Shown here piece by piece: positions 56,141-62,298 of a stretch of DNA of 62,298 nucleotides. Below the pieces are notes generated by a model. That model did no database searches and was not told the origin of the DNA. It saw nothing but the letters and a program-made list of their open reading frames with translations. The stretch is from positions 1 to 62,298 of the forward strand of contig CAIYES010000164.1 in the NCBI GenBank assembly GCA_903925275.1, written 5' to 3'. The stretch is from an uncultured Bacteroidales bacterium. GTDB lineage: Bacteria > Bacteroidota > Bacteroidia > Bacteroidales > FEN-979. Every line of letters begins with the position of its first letter. The first letter of the stretch is position 1. A program made the translations under genes and the position numbers.

Positions 56141-58231
56141 ATGAAAAAAATAAAGCAATTGCTGGTTGTCCTTGCCGCACTCTCAGTTAGTCCCGTAATA
56201 CTTATGGGCCAAGTCGATCAACTTAACGATCAGATCGAAAAGTCTGTTGAAACACTTGAATTGGATCATGATTATGCCGATCTTTTTGAAGACCTCGACG
56301 ACCTGGCGAGAAAACCTGTAAAAATCAACAAAGCGACCGAAGAGGAAATCAATACAATTCCATTTCTCTCTCAAAATCAGCGGAAAGCCCTTCTGGATTA
56401 TATGACGACATATGGCGAAATTTTTTCGCTTTATGAACTTCAGTCGATCCAGGGTTTTGATTCGTTGATTCTAAAGAGAATAGCGCCCTTTATTGCAATT
56501 TCACCCCCGTCGCGCTCACCCACTCCAACGCCAGGCAATCTGATCAGGTTTGGCCATCACGACATCCTGCTGCGCTATGAACAAGGATTTCCAAAATCCA
56601 TGGGGTTTCTGACCAATGATTCTCTTCGGGCAAACAACCCTGAATCATATTATAAGGGGAGTCCGCAACGATATTATTTCCGTTACAACTATACCTGGTT
56701 TGATAAGATTAAAATCGGCATTGCCGGTGAAAAAGATCCGGGTGAGCAGTTTTTCAGGGGACCCCAGTCTGCAGGTATGGATTTTTATGCAGCCTGTTTG
56801 TCCTTAAGCAACATCGGGATTCTGAAAAACATGACGATCGGAAATTTCAGGGTCTCATACGGGCAAGGATTGACGATGGGTTCAGGTCTTACGCTTGGTT
56901 CAGTTCCGGGCTTTTCAACCAACATAACGATGGCCAATGGCATAAAACCCAGCCTGGGAATGAGCGAAGAATCCTATTTCCGGGGATTGGCTGCCACGAT
57001 AAAAATCAAGCCTTTTGAAATTAGCGGGTTTATTTCGTACCATCCGCGTGATGCTACAGTTTCACCTACCGACTCCGCTTCCAACTTTGCTGAAGAGATA
57101 AGTTCATTCATAACAACCGGTTATCACCGGACCGGGTTGGAAGTAGCAAAAAAGAATGTCCTGAAGGAACTGGTTTGTGGTGGAAATATCAGCTTCAGCA
57201 AGGCTCCCAGCCAGCAACTTGGCTTCAAAATCGGAATAACGGGAATATTTGTTCATTTCTCGTCTCGTGTGACTCCGCGGGTTTATCCTTACAATCAATA
57301 CAATTTCGTCGGAGATAAAAACTTCAATTTCGGCCTGGATTACCAGGTAAGATTTCGCAGGCAATATCTGTTCGGGGAGATCAGCCGGAGCATGAACTCC
57401 GGGATTGCCTTTGTTGCAGGGGCAGTAATTACCCCGGACTCACGGGTTTCGCTTACAGCAATATACCGGAATTATATGCCATCTTACCAAAACCTCTTTT
57501 CCAATGCATTCGGACAAAACGGCCTGAACGCCAATGAGCAGGGCATTTATGTTGCAATCAATGCGGCATTGCACCCTAAACTCAATTTATCAGGCTATGC
57601 CGATCTCTTTACCTTTCCATGGTTGAAATACCGGGTTGATTCCCCGACACATGGTCAGGAATTCGGAACGTTGCTGACATGGCAGGCTGCTAAAAACGTA
57701 ACGATAGGGCTCAGGTTTTATCAGAAAAATACCCGGATCAATGGCACCACCGAACCGGATGTTATCATGCATAAACTCAGTTCTCATATTACCAGGAGTT
57801 ACAGGTGCAACATCGTGTGGATTCCTGAGGAAAAATTGGTTTTTAAAACCCGGATCGAAGTAAAGGAAGCATCGGAGCCATCAGCGAATTGTGCTGTTGG
57901 ATATTTTATTTGCCAGGATATAACATTTAACTATAAAAAATGGCTTTCGACTGTCACTGTCAGGTTTGCCTTGTTTGATGCTCCGGAATACGAAACAAGG
58001 ATTTATACCTATGAGCCGGAGGTGTTGTATGCATATTCCGTTCCTGCCTGCCAGGGAAAGGGAATGAGAACTTGTGTGGTAATGAAATTCAGTGCCGGCA
58101 GAAAGGTTGATATCTGGGTGAGGGGCGGATTAACTTATTATACTGACCGGAATGAGGTTGGCAGCGGGCTTGACCTCACAGAAGGCAATGTTCGCGGGGA
58201 ACTTACCGGGCAGTTGATGCTCCGGTTATAA
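56141..58231 (+). CDS. Helix-hairpin-helix (ComEA-like) domain protein fused to a large beta-rich, probably outer-membrane, domain
   Basis: Signal peptide. INKATEEEINTIPFLSQNQRKALLDYMTTYGEIFSLYELQSIQGFDSLILKRIAPFI fits the ComEA HhH pattern. About 560 aa of beta-strand-rich sequence follow. Confidence 0.65.
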   Translation: MKKIKQLLVVLAALSVSPVILMGQVDQLNDQIEKSVETLELDHDYADLFEDLDDLARKPVKINKATEEEINTIPFLSQNQRKALLDYMTTYGEIFSLYELQSIQGFDSLILKRIAPFIAISPPSRSPTPTPGNLIRFGHHDILLRYEQGFPKSMGFLTNDSLRANNPESYYKGSPQRYYFRYNYTWFDKIKIGIAGEKDPGEQFFRGPQSAGMDFYAACLSLSNIGILKNMTIGNFRVSYGQGLTMGSGLTLGSVPGFSTNITMANGIKPSLGMSEESYFRGLAATIKIKPFEISGFISYHPRDATVSPTDSASNFAEEISSFITTGYHRTGLEVAKKNVLKELVCGGNISFSKAPSQQLGFKIGITGIFVHFSSRVTPRVYPYNQYNFVGDKNFNFGLDYQVRFRRQYLFGEISRSMNSGIAFVAGAVITPDSRVSLTAIYRNYMPSYQNLFSNAFGQNGLNANEQGIYVAINAALHPKLNLSGYADLFTFPWLKYRVDSPTHGQEFGTLLTWQAAKNVTIGLRFYQKNTRINGTTEPDVIMHKLSSHITRSYRCNIVWIPEEKLVFKTRIEVKEASEPSANCAVGYFICQDITFNYKKWLSTVTVRFALFDAPEYETRIYTYEPEVLYAYSVPACQGKGMRTCVVMKFSAGRKVDIWVRGGLTYYTDRNEVGSGLDLTEGNVRGELTGQLMLRL

Positions 58232-58232
58232 A

Positions 58233-58261
58233 GTGAGGCTGCCGATATTCAGCAGCCTCAC
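58233..58261. terminator. 10-bp GC-rich hairpin between convergent genes (possible bidirectional terminator)
   Basis: gtgaggctgc (58233-58242) pairs with gcagcctcac (58252-58261). An A7 run follows on the + strand (a T run before the stem on the - strand), so no clean U tract follows the stem on either strand. Confidence 0.45.
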
Positions 58262-58325
58262 CTCAAAAAAATTCATCTTCAAAAAACAGTTTCTGCGATC
58301 CAGCCTTTGGCCAATACCCTAAAAA

Positions 58326-58883
58326 CTATTTATTATGCGGATTCTTCATTTTTCCCAAACCTTCCAATCCATGGATATTCATTCCTTTCGACAGTTTGGA
58401 AACAGTTGACAGGTCAATGTTGCCGGTAAGACTTAGCACGGCCACTTCGGTTTTATCCTTCATGAGCATCACCATTTCATTGATTTTGCCGCTGGCATCC
58501 TGTTTGGTCATAAATTTGATATTTTGCCTACCTTCGTTCACGGTCATTAATTCCTTGTAAGTACTGGCTGGAAATACGCCGGCGAATTCGTTGTAAACTG
58601 AAACCGCTTTCACAACATTCGTGGAATCGAATGAAAAGGTCAGCACCTTCAGTCCTGAGAGTTGCTCCATCATTTTTTTCATCTCCACCATGTTCGTATC
58701 TTTCGAATCGCCCTTGCCCATCTGCATGAGCATCTGGAATAGTTCTTTCGAGATATTTACGCTGGTAAAGCCATCCTGACTGGCATATTTGTCAAACACT
58801 TTATCGATTGGACTTTGGGCATTCAAGAGCAGTGGTACCGTCAGGAATACCATACAAACTAAACTTAACATCATCTTTTTCAT
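58326..58883 (-). CDS. DUF4252 domain protein
   Basis: Signal peptide. The size, the FDKYASQDGFTSVNISKELF start, and the position as third gene after an ECF sigma and a membrane protein fit the conserved Bacteroidota trio. Confidence 0.7.
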   Translation of the reverse strand: MKKMMLSLVCMVFLTVPLLLNAQSPIDKVFDKYASQDGFTSVNISKELFQMLMQMGKGDSKDTNMVEMKKMMEQLSGLKVLTFSFDSTNVVKAVSVYNEFAGVFPASTYKELMTVNEGRQNIKFMTKQDASGKINEMVMLMKDKTEVAVLSLTGNIDLSTVSKLSKGMNIHGLEGLGKMKNPHNK

Positions 58884-58885
58884 GG

Positions 58886-59461
58886 CTATTTTGATTTTTT
58901 GGACTGATTTTGAAATTCGTCCGGGTTTATAAATATGGGTTGATATTGATAGAATTTATTGAAAAGTTGCATATTTTTCATTGCCTTATCGACCATTTGA
59001 AGGCGGGATACCTCTTTTAAACCGGTATTCAGGTTTGATGAGACCAGGAGCAGTGCTTCGCTTGCCTCAGTGTATGCAAGTTCCGTGTTATAATTATTAT
59101 TGCGTGACTTTTCAGTTTTAAAAACATCATGCTGAAAAGTATATAAAAAGCTGATCAGCAAAAGGATGGTTGCGGCGATACCTGTGATGAACAGGAACCT
59201 GTTTCGTTTAGGGATCATTGGCACAACTTGCTTTTCAACAGGTTTTTCGGAAAAATGCCGGGTCAACGTTACATCGAAATTCTCATCATTGATCTCCTGC
59301 TGCTGTTCATCAGCAAAGAAAACAAACAATGGCTTGTGCGACTTAAGGTGCGCAGGGATCTTCTGCCCTCTGAAAAAATCCCGGAGGAGTTTTTCTTCAC
59401 GGAGGCTGGTGTTGCCCTCGTAAAACTTTTCAAGCAAAACTTCAATTTCTTTGGTATTCAT
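58886..59461 (-). CDS. Hypothetical single-pass membrane protein (putative anti-sigma factor)
   Basis: One central TM helix (FLFITGIAATILLLISFLY). It overlaps the upstream ECF sigma gene by 20 nt. Confidence 0.5.
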   Translation of the reverse strand: MNTKEIEVLLEKFYEGNTSLREEKLLRDFFRGQKIPAHLKSHKPLFVFFADEQQQEINDENFDVTLTRHFSEKPVEKQVVPMIPKRNRFLFITGIAATILLLISFLYTFQHDVFKTEKSRNNNYNTELAYTEASEALLLVSSNLNTGLKEVSRLQMVDKAMKNMQLFNKFYQYQPIFINPDEFQNQSKKSK

Positions 59462-59957
59462 ATACTTTTGTATTTGTCAGCAGTTCACGGATCCGTTTCC
59501 TGGCACGTGACAGTGCAACACGAATGGCGTTTTCGTTCATATCAACAATTTCAGCGATCTCGTTAAATTCATACCCTTCAATATCCCTCAGATGAACGAT
59601 GATTTGTTGTTGTTCAGGAAGTGTTTTCATTGCCTGGTGAATCCCATGGATCAGATCAGAATAATCCGCGCTGGTTTCTCCCGGTATATTTTCGAGGAAC
59701 AGACGGTGATTTTCCATATTTTCAACGGGGTAGCGTTTGGCTTTTATTTTATCGAGGCATAAGTTTTTAGTCGTGATCATGGCCAGTGCTTCCACACTGC
59801 GGTATTCATCGAGTTTATCACGGCGGTTCCAAAGTTTTATAAATACCTCCTGCACAACATCTTCCGATTCTTCGGTATGGTCAAGAAACCGTTTGGCAAA
59901 GCGGAAGAGCTTGTTTTTCAATGGATATACTTTATTTTGAAATTCCTGGAGGTTCAT
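59442..59957 (-). CDS. ECF-type RNA polymerase sigma-70 factor
   Basis: Start taken at MNLQEFQNKVYPL. Region 2 ESEDVVQEVFIKLW and region 4 QQIIVHLRDIEGYEFNEIAEIVDMNENAIRVALSRARK. Confidence 0.88.
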   Translation of the reverse strand: MNLQEFQNKVYPLKNKLFRFAKRFLDHTEESEDVVQEVFIKLWNRRDKLDEYRSVEALAMITTKNLCLDKIKAKRYPVENMENHRLFLENIPGETSADYSDLIHGIHQAMKTLPEQQQIIVHLRDIEGYEFNEIAEIVDMNENAIRVALSRARKRIRELLTNTKVYEYQRN

Positions 59958-60059
59958 ATGGCGAATGAGACGAAGATTCAGATAAAATATTACAGGAGGA
60001 CAAAAAAATGTAAAAAACTGTATTTGATCATGATGGCTTGCATGGTATGCAAATTTGAC

Positions 60060-60067
60060 TATTTTTG
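60060..60067 (+). promoter_or_regulatory. -7 box TAttTTTG for the POT transporter gene
   Basis: TAnnTTTG match 50 nt upstream of the ATG at 60118. Confidence 0.45.
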
Positions 60068-60117
60068 CAATATACATTCCCGATAATCCAATGATTATTC
60101 ACCAAAACTTATAACTT

Positions 60118-61785
60118 ATGTTTAAAGGACATCCAAAAGGGCTTTATGTCGCATTTTTCGCCAATATGGGCGAACGGTTCGGTTACTATACCATGCTGGC
60201 CATTTTCTTATTGTATCTCCAATCGAAATTTGGCTGGACGACCACTCAGGCAGGCCATGTGTATGGTATTTTCCTGTTTGGGATTTATTTTCTTCCCCTT
60301 GTGGGCGGGTTGCTTGCCGACAATGTTCTGGGTTATGGAAAAACGATCATGATCGGAATAATTGTAATGTTTTTGGGATATGCCCTCTTAGCGATGCCGG
60401 GCACCAGCGAGTATTTCATCTACTTTGCTCTTGCCGTCATTTCAATGGGAACCGGTTTATTTAAAGGAAATTTACAAGTCCTTGTAGGGAACATGTACGA
60501 TGATGCAAAGTATAGCAAACTCCGGGATTCTGCCTTCAATCTGTTTTATATGGGAATCAATATCGGTGCATTTTTTGCTCCTAGCGCTGCAGGCGGAATG
60601 CGGAACTGGATCCTTTCCCGCAATGGTTTTACCTATGATTCTGCCATTCCAAGTCTGGCACATAAATTTTTAAACAAAACGCTTGAGAACACGACCCAAC
60701 TTGAGCAATTGGCACATACACAGGCAGGCGGCCGAATTACCGACCTAACCGATTTTTGTAATCAGTACATTGCAAGTATCAGTCAGGCTTACAACGCCGG
60801 CTTCGCCGTAGCTGCCTTGAGTATGATCGCTTCTTTGCTTATTTTTATTGGATTCAGAAAATATTACAAAACTGCTGATGTAACCCACAAACAGCAAAAA
60901 GCAGCAAAATCTGCCAACCTGATCGAACTAACGGCAAGCCAGACCAAAGACCGTCTCATTGCACTTGGGTTGGTTTTCTTCGTTGTCGCCTTTTTCTGGA
61001 TGGCCTTTCACCAGAATGGTTTCACTTTGACAATTTTCGCCAGGGATTATACTGTGTCGTCTGTATCGCAGGGATCGGCAATTATCTTCAACCTGTCGAC
61101 CTTCTTGCCATTGTTGATCGGCATTTTGGGTTTGGTCCTTCTGTTTGGCAAAGCCAATTCGGGTAAAACAAAAATAGCAGGGGCATTGATGGCGATAGGT
61201 TCGATCATTGTTGCTTTTTTCACGATTCGCATGCTTCAGCCTGAAGGAAATAAAATTTCGCCAGAAATTTTTCAGCAATTCAACCCGATTTTTATCGTAT
61301 TTATTACCCCAGTAATTATCGGTTACTTTGCTTATCTGAGTAAAAATGGGAAGGAACCTTCATCACCAAAGAAAATCGGGATCGGGATGTTGATCACGGC
61401 CGTTGGTTTCCTGATCATGGTTGTTGCTTCACAAGGGCTGATGAGCCCGGCTGAACTGGCTGTAAAAGGGGGCGTTTCCGACACGCTACGTTCACCATAC
61501 TGGTTAATCGGTACATATTTTACACTGACCATCGCTGAATTATTCCTTAGCCCTATTGGTATCTCGTTTGTGTCGAAGGTTGCCCCTCCTCAATTCAAGG
61601 GATTGGCACAGGGAGGCTGGTTTTGTTCTACTGCTATTGGCAACATGCTGGCTGGTTTTATCGGACCTTTCTGGGATAAATGGCAGCTATGGCAATTCTT
61701 TATGCTGCTGGTAGCCCTGACTGTTTTATCTGCAATATTTATTTTCTCGATCCTCAAACGTTTAGAGCGGGCGACCACCAGCTAA
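60118..61785 (+). CDS. Proton-dependent oligopeptide transporter (POT/PTR2 family)
   Basis: N-terminus HPKGLYVAFFANMGERFGYYTM and GGLLADNVLG (PTR2 signatures), with about 14 TM helices. Confidence 0.9.
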   Translation: MFKGHPKGLYVAFFANMGERFGYYTMLAIFLLYLQSKFGWTTTQAGHVYGIFLFGIYFLPLVGGLLADNVLGYGKTIMIGIIVMFLGYALLAMPGTSEYFIYFALAVISMGTGLFKGNLQVLVGNMYDDAKYSKLRDSAFNLFYMGINIGAFFAPSAAGGMRNWILSRNGFTYDSAIPSLAHKFLNKTLENTTQLEQLAHTQAGGRITDLTDFCNQYIASISQAYNAGFAVAALSMIASLLIFIGFRKYYKTADVTHKQQKAAKSANLIELTASQTKDRLIALGLVFFVVAFFWMAFHQNGFTLTIFARDYTVSSVSQGSAIIFNLSTFLPLLIGILGLVLLFGKANSGKTKIAGALMAIGSIIVAFFTIRMLQPEGNKISPEIFQQFNPIFIVFITPVIIGYFAYLSKNGKEPSSPKKIGIGMLITAVGFLIMVVASQGLMSPAELAVKGGVSDTLRSPYWLIGTYFTLTIAELFLSPIGISFVSKVAPPQFKGLAQGGWFCSTAIGNMLAGFIGPFWDKWQLWQFFMLLVALTVLSAIFIFSILKRLERATTS

Positions 61786-61852
61786 AGGACCTTCATTTCC
61801 TGAATATTTTTGGCTGGTGGCACTGCGGAATTTTTCGTATGACAAATAACGA

Positions 61853-62298
61853 ATGTTGAATACCGAACGATTTCCATGGGGCCATCCACGGCGTTTTAAT
61901 TCCTATACAGAACATATCCGGAAAGCATTTGGCGGACGGATGCAGAAGGTCGTGGTGCATGCAGGATTCACCTGTCCGAACCGCGATGGCACTAAGGGCG
62001 TTGGCGGCTGCACGTATTGCAACAACGACGCGTTTAACCCTTCCTATTGCAACCCGGCAGAACCGCTGCATACCCAGATTGCCAAAGGCATAGAATTTCA
62101 TCTGGTCCGATACCGCAAAGCCTCGAAATACCTGGTATATTTTCAGCCATACAGCAATACCTATGCAGCACTGGACAAATTGAAGGCGTTATACGAAAAT
62201 GCGCTTGATTTCCCGAATGTAGTCGGTCTGGTAATTGGCACCCGGCCCGATTGCATCGATGACCCCACCCTGGCTTATCTGCAGGAACTATCGTACAA
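61853..62298 (+). CDS. Radical SAM protein, TIGR01212 (YhcC-like) family, 3' end cut by window edge
   Basis: Not in the ORF track because it has no stop. My translation from the ATG at 61853 is MLNTERFPWGHPRRFNSYTEHIRKAFGGRMQKVVVHAGFTCPNRDGTKGVGGCTYCNNDAFNPSY..., containing the CPNRDG..GGCTYC cluster motif. The frame is open to the window end. Confidence 0.8.
   Translation, partial: MLNTERFPWGHPRRFNSYTEHIRKAFGGRMQKVVVHAGFTCPNRDGTKGVGGCTYCNNDAFNPSYCNPAEPLHTQIAKGIEFHLVRYRKASKYLVYFQPYSNTYAALDKLKALYENALDFPNVVGLVIGTRPDCIDDPTLAYLQELSY

Noticed and set aside
61793-62101. 102-aa minus-strand ORF at the window end.
   Set aside because: The plus strand encodes a radical SAM protein with a CPNRDG...GGCTYC cluster motif, and that frame is open to the window edge. 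The minus-strand ORF is its shadow.
1-62298. Mobile genetic element, genomic island, prophage or defense island.
   Set aside because: No integrase, transposase, phage, conjugation, restriction-modification, toxin-antitoxin or cas-like translations appear in any frame. Gene content and tight operon packing look like core chromosome.

Overview
This is a 62.3-kb chromosomal segment that looks like a Bacteroidota genome. The evidence is a T9SS C-terminal sorting domain, several TAnnTTTG -7 promoter boxes, a class-II ProRS, and ECF sigma/DUF4252 modules. It is densely packed, with about 55 CDS, and most genes are housekeeping:
- Information processing and repair: proS, dnaB, uvrA, rsfS, ftsH.
- Nucleotide metabolism: thyA-folA, a purine nucleoside phosphorylase, a NupG-like permease, mazG.
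- Central and amino-acid metabolism: gcvP, lpdA, rfbC, hppA, and a metY-like/thrC/thrH cluster with a nearby methionine gamma-lyase and Lrp regulator.
- Envelope and lipids: lpxK, cdsA, psd, plus PagL-like and LpxR-like putative lipid A deacylases.

By eye I found no rRNA, tRNA, cas genes, transposase, integrase or obvious defense/toxin genes.

The unusual content is non-coding DNA architecture:
1. Two inverted arrays of 9-bp tandem repeats (12 and 10 units) bracket a 178-bp core between lpdA and rfbC.
2. A roughly 127-bp imperfect palindromic element is present in two diverged copies, at 39.5 kb and inside that 178-bp core.
3. Three more tandem arrays with 7-8 bp units sit directly after stop codons or terminators. 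One ends 3 nt from the thyA start codon.
4. Five copies of a 20-24 bp palindrome lie in frame inside an anti-sigma-like gene.

Secondary points are a W/Y/G-rich low-complexity lipoprotein next to an outer-membrane (OM) barrel gene, a ComEA-type HhH domain fused to a large putative OM protein, and ThrH next to ThrC.

All calls come from reading the ORF translations and the DNA by eye. No database search was run, and start codons are best guesses.
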